From Deltaproteobacteria bacterium (GTDB lineage: Bacteria > Bdellovibrionota > UBA1018 > UBA923), in NCBI GenBank assembly GCA_016186905.1, contig JACPKS010000008.1, positions 25 to 64,024 on the forward strand: 64,000 nucleotides of DNA, given 5' to 3'. Made by a program: the position numbers and the translations under genes. This document shows, one piece after another, positions 40,734 through 49,754 of the stretch. The notes under the pieces are model-generated. The model saw only the letters and a list, made by a program, of their open reading frames with translations. It was not told where the DNA came from and searched no databases. Each line of letters starts with the position of its first letter. Within the stretch, counting starts at the first letter, position 1.

Positions 40734-42239
40734 TCAAACGGCGGGCGCAGCGCTTTTTTGCGGACGCATCTGCGGAAAAAGAATCACGTCGCGGATGCTG
40801 GCGCTGTCGGTGAAAAGCATCACGAGCCGGTCGATACCGATGCCCTCGCCCGCGGTCGGGGGCATGCCGTGCTCGAGCGCGTAGAGAAAATCCTCGTCGA
40901 TGTCGCACGCCTCTTCGTCGCCTCCGGCTTTCGCCTCGGCCTGCAGCTCGAAGCGCAGGCGCTGGTCGACCGGGTCATTCAACTCCGAAAAAGCGTTGGC
41001 TATCTCGCGGCCGTAAACGAAGAGCTCGAAGCGGTCGACGATCGAGGGATTCCGCTCGTTGCGCCGTGAAAGCGGCGAAACATCCGTCGGATAATGCGTG
41101 ATGAACGTGGGCTGAATCAGGTGATTTTCGACTTCCTCGTCGAAAATCGCCATGAGAAGAGCGCCGGTCGCGGCCTTCTTCTCGTAAGGGATCCCATTCG
41201 AATCGAGATACTTCATGATCGCCGCGCGATCCGACATCCGGGAGCCGTCCTTGAATCCCGAATATTTCGCGATCGATTCGGCAACCGAGAGCCTGGGCCA
41301 CGGCCCCGACAAATCAATCTCCGTGCCCTGATACGTGAGCTTCGAAGCCGCGAGCACTTCCTTTCCGAGATACTGGAAAAGTTCTTCCGTGAGACTCATC
41401 AGCTCTTCGTAGGTCGCGTAGGCCAGGTAGAACTCGATGCTCGTGAACTCGGGGTTGTGCTTGACGCTGATTCCCTCGTTGCGGAACAGGCGATTCATCT
41501 CGTACACGCGCTCGAAGCCGCCGACCACGAGCCTTTTCAGGTGCAGCTCGGGCGCGATCCGCATGTGCAGGTCGATGCCGAGCGCGTTGTGGTGCGTGCG
41601 GAACGGCTTTGCCGCGGCCCCCCCCGCGATGGAATGCATCATCGGAGTGTCGACTTCGAGAAAATCGCGCGCGTCGAAAAAGCGGCGGATCGCGGCGATG
41701 ATCTTCGTGCGCGTGATGAAGGTCTTTCTCACCTGCTCGCTCATGATGAGATCGAGCGAACGATGGCGGTAGCGCAGCTCGACGTCGGCCAAGCCGTGAA
41801 ATTTCTCGGGCAGCGGCCGAACCGCCTTGGTCAGAATTTCGTAACGCGAGACATGCACCGAAAGCTCGTTCGTTTTCGTGCGAAAAGGTTTTCCCTCGGC
41901 GTAAACGATGTCGCCAAGATCGGTGAACTGTTTGTAGTTCTCGAAAACCTGGCCCAGCGTCTCTTTTGACATGAAAAGCTGGATCTGGCCCTTGCGGTCC
42001 TGAATCCGCAAAAAGCCGCCCTTTCCGAAATCACGCACGGCCATCACGCGCCCCGCGACCGAGATGCGATCATTCACGCCCCCGAGTTCTTCCCTGGTCT
42101 TCTCTCCGTACTTCGCATGGAGGTCCGCGGTGGTGTTTGACGGCACGCAGTCGTTGCGAAAGGGATTCAAGCCCGCCTCACGCATTTTTTTCACCTTCTC
42201 GATGCGAACGAGAACCTGTTCGTTCAAATCCGGCATCAT
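40734..42239 (-). CDS. lysS: lysine--tRNA ligase (class II)
   Basis: OB-fold anticodon-binding N-domain plus class II motifs. Start at MMPDLNEQ (42239). The annotated ORF carries a spurious 173-aa Arg-rich 5' extension. Confidence 0.92.
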   Translation of the reverse strand: MMPDLNEQVLVRIEKVKKMREAGLNPFRNDCVPSNTTADLHAKYGEKTREELGGVNDRISVAGRVMAVRDFGKGGFLRIQDRKGQIQLFMSKETLGQVFENYKQFTDLGDIVYAEGKPFRTKTNELSVHVSRYEILTKAVRPLPEKFHGLADVELRYRHRSLDLIMSEQVRKTFITRTKIIAAIRRFFDARDFLEVDTPMMHSIAGGAAAKPFRTHHNALGIDLHMRIAPELHLKRLVVGGFERVYEMNRLFRNEGISVKHNPEFTSIEFYLAYATYEELMSLTEELFQYLGKEVLAASKLTYQGTEIDLSGPWPRLSVAESIAKYSGFKDGSRMSDRAAIMKYLDSNGIPYEKKAATGALLMAIFDEEVENHLIQPTFITHYPTDVSPLSRRNERNPSIVDRFELFVYGREIANAFSELNDPVDQRLRFELQAEAKAGGDEEACDIDEDFLYALEHGMPPTAGEGIGIDRLVMLFTDSASIRDVILFPQMRPQKSAAPAV

Positions 42240-43159
42240 ACGTGAATGCTTTCCAGATATCTTTCGGCGTCGATCGCGGCCATGCAGCCGCTGCCGGCGG
42301 CGGTCACCGCCTGCCGGTAGACGTGGTCCCGCACGTCGCCCGCCGCGAAAACGCCCGCGATGTTCGTGCGCGAGCTGCCCTCGCGAGTGAGCAGGTATCC
42401 GCCGGCGTCCATGTCGAGCTGGCCTTTGAAAAGCCTCGTGTTGGGCGAGTGGCCGATCGCCACGAAAACCCCCGCTACGGCCATCTCGCGCGTTTCGCCG
42501 GTTTTGAGATTTCGGATGCGCACGCCCTTCACCTCGTCGCCACCCACGACGTCCTCGACGCCGGAGTCCCAGATCACTGCAATTTTCGGGTTTTTTAAAA
42601 CGCGTTCGGCCATGATCTTGCTTGCGCGAAACTGGTCGCGCCGGTGGATCATCGTCACCTTCGACGCGAATCGCGTGAGGAAGTTCGCCTCCTCGCACGC
42701 CGAATCGCCGCCGCCGACGACCGCGATCTCCATCCCGCGGAAGAAAAAACCGTCGCACGTCGCGCAGGTCGAGACCCCCTTGCCCATCAGGCGCCGCTCG
42801 TTCGGAAGCCCGAGCAGGTTCGCCGAGGCGCCCGTCGAAATAATGACCGACTTCGCCTCAAACGTTTCTTTGCCGGTGCTTACGCGAAGCACTTTGGATT
42901 TAAAATCGACCGACGTCACGTCCCCGAACACGAAGCGGGCTCCGAAACGCTCGGCCTGCTTGCGGAATTCGGCCATCAGCTCGGGGCCCATGATGCCCTT
43001 GGCGAAGCCCGGGTAATTCTCGACGTCGCTCGTGATCATGAGCTGGCCGCCCGCCTGCATCCCTTCGACGACGAGCGGATTGAGATTCGCGCGCGCGGTA
43101 TAAATCGCCGCGGTCAGGCCCGCCGGGCCCGTGCCGAGAATGATGACGTTTTCGGACAT
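42236..43159 (-). CDS. trxB: thioredoxin-disulfide reductase
   Basis: FAD motif GxGxxG (ILGTGPAG), redox-active CATC, and an NADPH-binding site. Confidence 0.93.
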   Translation of the reverse strand: MSENVIILGTGPAGLTAAIYTARANLNPLVVEGMQAGGQLMITSDVENYPGFAKGIMGPELMAEFRKQAERFGARFVFGDVTSVDFKSKVLRVSTGKETFEAKSVIISTGASANLLGLPNERRLMGKGVSTCATCDGFFFRGMEIAVVGGGDSACEEANFLTRFASKVTMIHRRDQFRASKIMAERVLKNPKIAVIWDSGVEDVVGGDEVKGVRIRNLKTGETREMAVAGVFVAIGHSPNTRLFKGQLDMDAGGYLLTREGSSRTNIAGVFAAGDVRDHVYRQAVTAAGSGCMAAIDAERYLESIHV

Positions 43160-43177
43160 GTGGCGCGGACCTTTAAG

Positions 43178-43378
43178 TCAGCGAAGCCCGGTCGGCTTGC
43201 GCCCGAGGCTTTCCCGGAGGAATTCGATGCTCACGAATTCGGCGTTCGCGGCGTCATCGGGAAGCTTCTTCTGGTGCTTCTCGACGTCGGCCTGCAGGAC
43301 GAGCCCTTTGGAAAGACCGCGCTGGACCATACGGATGTCGAACTCTTTTTCTTTGTACGCTTTGGATATGAATGCCAT
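43178..43378 (-). CDS. hypothetical small protein (66 aa)
   Basis: Short ORF co-oriented between the rhomboid and trxB genes. No domain recognised. Confidence 0.3.
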   Translation of the reverse strand: MAFISKAYKEKEFDIRMVQRGLSKGLVLQADVEKHQKKLPDDAANAEFVSIEFLRESLGRKPTGLR

Positions 43379-43424
43379 GGACTTTGTTTATCCGAGAAGA
43401 TCGGTCACTGTCAACGCGGCTCGC

Positions 43425-44180
43425 TCAATGAAACGTGGGTTTTCCGTCGCGAGTATCGTCGCCGTCGTCATCCTCGAAGTCCTTGAAGAGCTCGTTGTTC
43501 ACGATGAGCCTCAGATGCGATGGTCGGCGCGTGCGGCGCCGGCCGGGGCCGAGCTTTCGCTGCTTGGAGCGAATCCGCATATACGCCTTGAGCAGCAGGT
43601 AGCCGAATCCGACGAACATCCCGCCCAAATGAGCCGCGTTGGCGATGCCCGCGCGGGTGTAAAACACGGTCGCGATGAACTCGATGGCCGCGAGGATCAG
43701 CACGAAATGCTTCGCCTTCATCGGAAAAACCATCATGAAAAGCATCGTCCGCTCGGAGTAAATGATGCCATAGGCGACGAGCAGGCCGTAAATGGCGCCC
43801 GAGGAGCCGACCATGGGAATCATGCTGACCGAGGTACCCCTAAAAAACATCTGCACGGCCAAGTAAAAAAACCCGGCCGAGATCCCGCAGGTGAAATAAT
43901 ATTTCAGGAACTCGCGTGTCCCCCACTGGGCCTCGAGCTCCGATCCGATCATCCATAAAATGAGCAGGTTAAAGAGGATGTGGAAAAGATCCGCATGCAT
44001 GAAAAGATACGTGACGGCCTGCCAGTAATAGTGGCGCTCAAAGAAAAGTGCCGGCACGAGACCGAGCCATTCGAGGATTTGGGTTCCAAAAAACGAGTCA
44101 CCGACGAGCTGAAGCAAGAAAAGAGCGACCCCTGAGATCAAAAGCCAGCGAACTGCGGGAGTCGTGCGTATGGCGGGCAT
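43425..44180 (-). CDS. rhomboid-family intramembrane serine protease
   Basis: 6-TM protein with a GSSGAIYG serine motif and a catalytic His in AHLGG. Confidence 0.85.
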   Translation of the reverse strand: MPAIRTTPAVRWLLISGVALFLLQLVGDSFFGTQILEWLGLVPALFFERHYYWQAVTYLFMHADLFHILFNLLILWMIGSELEAQWGTREFLKYYFTCGISAGFFYLAVQMFFRGTSVSMIPMVGSSGAIYGLLVAYGIIYSERTMLFMMVFPMKAKHFVLILAAIEFIATVFYTRAGIANAAHLGGMFVGFGYLLLKAYMRIRSKQRKLGPGRRRTRRPSHLRLIVNNELFKDFEDDDGDDTRDGKPTFH

Positions 44181-44437
44181 GGACTTTTTACAACCTCTGT
44201 CTAAAGCCTGACACTTATGCCAGGCGGAACGAACTCCCTAATATTTTAACTCTTTTTCGCTTCAATTCCGAGATGGGGGTCAAGGCAACATTTTCCGGCG
44301 CTTTCCTAAACACCCCGGGAATCGTGAACCACTTGAAACTTAACGATTAACACCCTGGCAGGAACCTTGCACTTGCTCGGCACGCGAACGCGCGAACGAA
44401 CGTGTGTTCAAATATTTTAAAAGGGACAGGAACCACA

Positions 44438-44827
44438 ATGCCGAAGCACACGAAAAAGCAAATGATTCGCAAGAAAACGACGATGAAAGCGGCGACGAAA
44501 GAATCGAGCCGCGCCAACCGCAGAGCGCACGTGCGCATCGCGACCTCCGGCCTTTTGGTCACCGAACGAAGCGGCGAATTCGAATTTGTCGTGAACGCCG
44601 GCAACATCAGCGAAGGGGGCATCTATCTCACGAAGCGGCTCAAGACCACCGACGAACCGTCGCGCCTGCGCATCCACTTCAGCAAAGAAACGATGGACGT
44701 GCTCGCGCAGCCAATCCACGATGAGGTGGAGGTGGGCGGAAAATCGTTCGGCACGGGTTACGGTTTCATCCAGCTGAGCCCGAAAGACTCAAGTACGCTG
44801 CGCCAGCACCTCGGCGATCTCAATTAA
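44438..44827 (+). CDS. PilZ-domain c-di-GMP-binding protein
   Basis: RxxxR (RRAHVRI) and D/NxSxGG (NISEGGIYL) PilZ motifs. Confidence 0.7.
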   Translation: MPKHTKKQMIRKKTTMKAATKESSRANRRAHVRIATSGLLVTERSGEFEFVVNAGNISEGGIYLTKRLKTTDEPSRLRIHFSKETMDVLAQPIHDEVEVGGKSFGTGYGFIQLSPKDSSTLRQHLGDLN

Positions 44828-45217
44828 GATCCCACCCGTCGATTCGGGATGAATGAAATTCACGCGCGTATGATGCGCGCCGACCTGCGGCGTTTCGTAC
44901 ACGAGGCGCACGGAGTTTGCGCGCAGCTCTTCGCAAAGCGCGTCGAGCCCATCCACCTGAAACGAAATATGATGAATGCCCGAACCTTTCCTGGCGAGGA
45001 ACTTCGCGATCACGCCTTCGGGATCGATCGGATCGAGAATCTCGATCTGCGTCGTGGCTGCCGCGGGTTTTAGAAAGTAAGTGCGCACGCCCTGCGAAGG
45101 CACGTCTTCCGAGCCACTGTCGGTGAGCCCAAGAAGGCCGAGAACGTGTCTTAGCTTGGCAGGATCACGTGTCGCGATCGCGGCGTGGTCGAGCCGCGCG
45201 TTTAGCCGCGTTCGCAT
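44789..45217 (-). CDS. VOC-family protein (methylmalonyl-CoA epimerase/glyoxalase-like)
   Basis: LDHAAIAT...GIHHISFQVDGLD...GGILIEIAE pattern typical of methylmalonyl-CoA epimerase. Start uncertain. Confidence 0.65.
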   Translation of the reverse strand: MRTRLNARLDHAAIATRDPAKLRHVLGLLGLTDSGSEDVPSQGVRTYFLKPAAATTQIEILDPIDPEGVIAKFLARKGSGIHHISFQVDGLDALCEELRANSVRLVYETPQVGAHHTRVNFIHPESTGGILIEIAEVLAQRT

Positions 45218-45229
45218 TTTGCGCGAGAC

Positions 45230-47878
45230 TCAGAAGCCGGCGCCGCCGGTTCCGCCGGTGCCACCTGTGTAGCCGCCTGTTTGCGTTCCACCGGGAATAC
45301 ACGCGCCCGTCGGGGCCATCACCTGGCCTGGAGGACACCCGCCGCCGCCGAATCCGCCGCCAAATCCTCCGCCAAAGCCGCCACCGAATCCTCCGCCAAA
45401 GCCACCGCCGCCCCAGCCACCGCCGCCGTAGCCACCGCCGCCGTAGCCGTACACGCCCATCATCTGCTGATAGAGCTGGTAGTAACGCATCTGCGCGTCC
45501 TGCATCTGCTGGCCGACGATGCCCATTTCCTGCGAATAGAACTGCAGCTTATTCATCTGCTGCTGGTACTGCATCATCATCTGCTGCTGATACTGCATGC
45601 TCTGCTGCCAGCTTTGCATCACGCCCGGATTGTTCCAGCCACCGCCCGGATAACCACCGCCCGGGTACATGCCAGGTCCGCCAGGGAAGATCGGGCCGAA
45701 CTGTCCGCCCATTCCCGGAAATCCGCCCGGCATTCCAGGAAAGCCCGGCATCGGCCCAGGATAACCGCCGCCCATAATCGGTCCGGGATACATGCCGGGG
45801 TAGCCCGGATATCCGCCGGGGAACATTCCGCCCGGCATTCCGCCTGGGAAGCCTCCAGGAAAACCTCCGGGATAACCGCCGCCAAAGCCGCCGCCCGGAA
45901 AGCCGCCGCCGAAGCCGGGATAACCTCCACCGAAGCCGGGATAACCGCCACCGAAGCCGCCGCCCGGAAAGCCGCCGCCGAAGCCAGGATAACCTCCACC
46001 GAAGCCGGGATAACCGCCGCCACCAAAAATTGATCCCGGCGGCATTCCCATTCCGCCGTAAACCGGAAATCCGCCGTACGGATACCCGCCGATTCCAATT
46101 CCGCCGCCGATTCCCGGCCCGATTCCGCCGTAGGGAAACGCGCCCGGCATACCGAGGCCAAGTCCGCCGCTCAGCATGAGTCCTGGAGGAAGGCCGCCCA
46201 TTCCCATGCCCATTCCGGGATAACCCATCCCCATTCCACCGTAGGGGTAGCCGCCCATGCCCATGCCCGGGTAACCCATCCCCATTCCACCGTAGGGGTA
46301 GCCGCCCATCCCCATTCCGGGATAACCGCCAAGCCCGATGCCGCCACCGATGCCCATTCCCGGGTAACCCATACCCATTCCGGGGTAACCGCCCATCCCC
46401 ATACCGGGATAACCGCCCAGCCCGATGCCGCCACCGATGCCCATTCCCGGGTAGCCCATCCCCATACCGGGATAACCGCCCAGCCCGATGCCGCCACCGA
46501 GGCCGATGCCTCCACCAAGCCCCGGGTAGCCGCCCATCATGTACGGATTAAAGCCGCCGCCCATCGAATAGGGATTAAACCCTAGTCCAATGCCGCCGCC
46601 GATTCCGGGGTAGCCGTAGCCCAAGCCACCGCCACCGTAGGGCGCGTACGGATTGTATCCGTAACCGCCCATTCCCGGATAACCGCCGCCGCCGAGTCCG
46701 AGATAGATTCCTCCACCCAAACCGCCCAAGCCCATACCGAGTCCACCGAGCGCGCCGCCAAGCGTCGACATCCACGGGTTCATGCCGATTCCGCCGATGC
46801 CTCCGATGCCTGCGCCGTACATCCCGCCCTGCGCGTTCGGAGGATAAAACGGAATGCCAAGCTGTTGCGCGTTCGAGACGTAGTTATTGTAGCCGTTGAT
46901 ATACTGGCCGTAGTTGGCTTGGTACGCGTTCGCCCACGCCTTATTCGAGCGATAACCAAAGTAGCCGTTCAATCCGCCGAGGATGAGCGGCGTGGCGACC
47001 TGCAATCCTCCAAGAAGATAATCGCCGAATCTCGGTTCGCGTTGTTTGATGATGATGTTTCCGCCGTCCCCGCCGCCGCTGATGCTGCCGCCGATCGAGC
47101 CGGAGATCGAACGGGCTTGAAGCCCCAGGATCTGCTTCCACTGAAGCTCTTGCTGGTACTGGTAAGCGTAGACCGCGCATTCTTCGCAATCCTCGGTCTT
47201 TTCCCGAAGGGTCGCGCACTCTTCTTCTTTGGCGGCGAGCTGGCTCACAAGCGTTTTGCCGCCGAATTCGTCCTCGCCTTCCTTAAGCTGTTTTTCAGCC
47301 TCCGTGATTTCGATCTGATTCTGCACGAACCAGCACGCATCGACCTTGCCGACGTCATCCGCCACCAGCACGTTGCGATAATATCGTTCGATCTCGGTCT
47401 CACCGCGGCGCTTGAAAGATTTCGCGTATAAAAGACCGCATGAGCCGCCCTTGGCGTCGAGATCGCTTTTCGTGTTCCGCGAGGTCGCCGGATTCGGGCG
47501 CGTCACTTTGCACTTCTTCGCGGGACACGTGTCGCGAAGGTCTTTTTCTTCCGGAGTGAGATCGCCGACGGCCTTCGCGAACACCTCCTCGATCTTGCCG
47601 TTGTACTTATCGATCAGCTCCATGCACTGATCGCGGCAATATTCTTTTGATTCTTTGTCGGGAGCTTTCGCGGTCTTAAGCTTTTCGACCTGCTCCTTGA
47701 GCGACTCGATCTGCTCTTCGAGCTTGTTGCGATCCTCGTCGCACCGGTTTGCCTTCTTCGCGGCCTTCTTATATTTGGCGTACGAGCTGACGTCGTCGCC
47801 GGCCTGCGCCCGCAGCGCGGGAAGGGTGGGCAGGGCGGCCATCGAGAACACCAGATAACCTGCGATTAACTTTTTCAT
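45230..47878 (-). CDS. large secreted low-complexity protein with an N-terminal coiled-coil/Cys-containing domain followed by ~600 aa of Gly/Tyr/Pro/Met-rich tandem repeats and Gln/Met-rich segments
   Basis: Strong SD (AAGGAG) 9 nt before MKKLIAGYLVFSMAALPTLPALRAQA (signal peptide). Repeats are of the types GYPGMGMG, GGGYPGFGGGFPGGGF and QQQMMMQYQQQ. The DNA is highly self-similar. Confidence 0.8.
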   Translation of the reverse strand: MKKLIAGYLVFSMAALPTLPALRAQAGDDVSSYAKYKKAAKKANRCDEDRNKLEEQIESLKEQVEKLKTAKAPDKESKEYCRDQCMELIDKYNGKIEEVFAKAVGDLTPEEKDLRDTCPAKKCKVTRPNPATSRNTKSDLDAKGGSCGLLYAKSFKRRGETEIERYYRNVLVADDVGKVDACWFVQNQIEITEAEKQLKEGEDEFGGKTLVSQLAAKEEECATLREKTEDCEECAVYAYQYQQELQWKQILGLQARSISGSIGGSISGGGDGGNIIIKQREPRFGDYLLGGLQVATPLILGGLNGYFGYRSNKAWANAYQANYGQYINGYNNYVSNAQQLGIPFYPPNAQGGMYGAGIGGIGGIGMNPWMSTLGGALGGLGMGLGGLGGGIYLGLGGGGYPGMGGYGYNPYAPYGGGGLGYGYPGIGGGIGLGFNPYSMGGGFNPYMMGGYPGLGGGIGLGGGIGLGGYPGMGMGYPGMGIGGGIGLGGYPGMGMGGYPGMGMGYPGMGIGGGIGLGGYPGMGMGGYPYGGMGMGYPGMGMGGYPYGGMGMGYPGMGMGMGGLPPGLMLSGGLGLGMPGAFPYGGIGPGIGGGIGIGGYPYGGFPVYGGMGMPPGSIFGGGGYPGFGGGYPGFGGGFPGGGFGGGYPGFGGGYPGFGGGFPGGGFGGGYPGGFPGGFPGGMPGGMFPGGYPGYPGMYPGPIMGGGYPGPMPGFPGMPGGFPGMGGQFGPIFPGGPGMYPGGGYPGGGWNNPGVMQSWQQSMQYQQQMMMQYQQQMNKLQFYSQEMGIVGQQMQDAQMRYYQLYQQMMGVYGYGGGGYGGGGWGGGGFGGGFGGGFGGGFGGGFGGGGCPPGQVMAPTGACIPGGTQTGGYTGGTGGTGGAGF
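46170..46520. repeat. near-identical tandem DNA repeats (unit ~66-69 bp) inside the Gly-rich gene
   Basis: Visible as repeating ...CCCATTCCGGGATAACCGCCCAGCCCGATGCCGCCACCGATGCCCATTCCCGGGTA... units. Confidence 0.85.
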
Positions 47879-48075
47879 AAGCGAAAGGTCTCCTTCTTTC
47901 TTCTTCTTCAACCGATCGGCGAAGAGAAGACAAAACATAAACCTCGACTATATTATTTCCCTCCTCCCCACCTCCTGCAAGGCATCGCCCACTTTAACCC
48001 GGCATAATCTCGCCACCACTGGGCAATCTCTGCACTCAAGCCGCACGGCTGGTTTCGTGGTTCAATGAATGTACC

Positions 48076-49122
48076 GTGAACGCCTCGATCGCCAGCGCCG
48101 CTTCGATTGCGCCGCCAAACGACAAAACCGTTGGGATACTGGGGGCGGGCCAGTGGGGCACCGCTCTATCGCTTCTCGCCTCGCGCGGCTGCGGGCGCGT
48201 CTATCTATATGACCGTGACAAGGGGCGCGCGAACGAAACGCGCGAGACTCGCATCAACGCACGCTACCTTCCGGGTATCCGCCTTCCTGAAAACGTTCTG
48301 GTCACGTCTGACCTGAAAACGGTTCTCGAAAACAGCACGCTCGTGATTCCGGTTATCCCCTCCAAGCACTTCCGCGGCTTCGCGCGCGAATACGCCCGAT
48401 TCGTCAGACCGGACCATTGTCTGGTCCACGGAACGAAGGGCCTCGAGCCGCAAACCCATAAACGCATGAGCGAGATCCTTCTTGAGGAAACACCCGCCCG
48501 GCTCGTCGGCGCGCTCTCGGGCCCGAACCTCGCCGTCGAGCTCGCCAACGGCCAGCCCGGCGCCACCGTCATCGGCAGCCCTTCAATGGAAGTCATCGCC
48601 TTCATGCAGGCGGCCTTCGCGTCGCCTCAACTGCGAATCTACGGAAACCCGGATCTCGTCGGCGTGGAATGGGCGGGCGCGCTCAAAAACATCCTCGCCG
48701 TCGCGGCGGGAATCAACAATGCGCTGGGATACGGCCAGAATGTTCTGGCCCTTCTCATCACGCGCGGACTCGCCGAACTGAGCCGCCTGATCTCGGCAAA
48801 GGGCGCGCATTCCTCCACGCTGCTCGGGCTCGCGGGAGTCGGCGACATCATCACGACCTGTACGAGCCCGCTCAGCCGCAACTTCCGCGCAGGCCAGCTT
48901 CTCGCCCAGGGAAAGAGCATGGCCGAAATCGAAAAAGCGCTCGCGATGACGATCGAGGGCTTCAACACCGTGAAAGTCGCCTCTGAGATCGCGCAATCGC
49001 TCAAGATCGAACTGCCGATCACCCAGGCGCTCGAACAAATTATCTTCGAGGCGCGTCCGATCGGCGAAGCGATTCGCGAGCTGATGGAACGCCCGGCAAC
49101 CTTCGAGTTTCAATTTGGATAA
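48076..49122 (+). CDS. gpsA: NAD(P)H-dependent glycerol-3-phosphate dehydrogenase
   Basis: N-terminal GxGxxG (ILGAGQWGTAL) and GpsA C-terminal domain motifs. Confidence 0.88.
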   Translation: MNASIASAASIAPPNDKTVGILGAGQWGTALSLLASRGCGRVYLYDRDKGRANETRETRINARYLPGIRLPENVLVTSDLKTVLENSTLVIPVIPSKHFRGFAREYARFVRPDHCLVHGTKGLEPQTHKRMSEILLEETPARLVGALSGPNLAVELANGQPGATVIGSPSMEVIAFMQAAFASPQLRIYGNPDLVGVEWAGALKNILAVAAGINNALGYGQNVLALLITRGLAELSRLISAKGAHSSTLLGLAGVGDIITTCTSPLSRNFRAGQLLAQGKSMAEIEKALAMTIEGFNTVKVASEIAQSLKIELPITQALEQIIFEARPIGEAIRELMERPATFEFQFG

Positions 49123-49308
49123 TTTCGAAGGCCTTAACGCCTCTTGCCCTGTTTCCTGCTCTCGCGAACGGCCTCGGCTCTCTTCTTCGCACGAAGTTTT
49201 TTCATCGCCTGGCTTTTGCGATTTTTCATTTTCTGGCTCTTCTGCTTACGACCTCTGCCCATGTTGCAATCGTAGTGAATGCACGCATAAAATTCAAGTG
49301 GAGAGACC

Positions 49309-49632
49309 ATGAACTATTCCGATAAGATCCTGACTTGCGCCGATTGCGGCAAGGAATTCGTTTTCACGGCCGGGGAACAGGAATTTTTCGAGCAGAAGGG
49401 CTTCTCCAATCTTCCCAAACGCTGCACAGACTGCAAAGCCCGCAAAAAAGCGCAGTCCGGATACGATCAACGCCCGAACCCGCGCGCTGGCCGATCGAAG
49501 CCAGACTCCGCACGCCAAAAATTCCCGGCGACCTGCTCCCAATGCGGCACGGCCTTCGATGCTCCCTTTCTGCCTGACCCAAACCGCGCCGTTTTCTGCA
49601 GAAACTGCTTTAAAGGCGCGAAAAAACGCTGA
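49309..49632 (+). CDS. tandem zinc-ribbon (zf-trcl-like) protein
   Basis: Two CxxC...CxxC units (CADCGKEF...CTDCKARK and CSQCGTAF...CRNCF). Confidence 0.65.
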   Translation: MNYSDKILTCADCGKEFVFTAGEQEFFEQKGFSNLPKRCTDCKARKKAQSGYDQRPNPRAGRSKPDSARQKFPATCSQCGTAFDAPFLPDPNRAVFCRNCFKGAKKR

Positions 49633-49754
49633 GCGGCTTTCACCGATTTGACCCTAGCTAATCTCTCTGCGACATGTTAATTAACCTTAGTCTCATCAAG
49701 CGTAAGCAGCTCTCTTTGACTACAATTTCAGGTACTTAACATCGGGGAGGATTT

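Noticed and set aside
45169-46033. Plus-strand Arg/Ala/Ser-rich ORFs (45169-45777, 45281-46033) opposite the Gly-rich gene
   Set aside because: Antisense translations of GC-rich Gly codons (GGN gives NCC).
46171-46518. 115-aa minus-strand ORF with WAVIPVWGW repeats
   Set aside because: Alternative reading frame of the tandem DNA repeats inside the Gly-rich gene; the real frame has SD, signal peptide and 880 aa of continuity.
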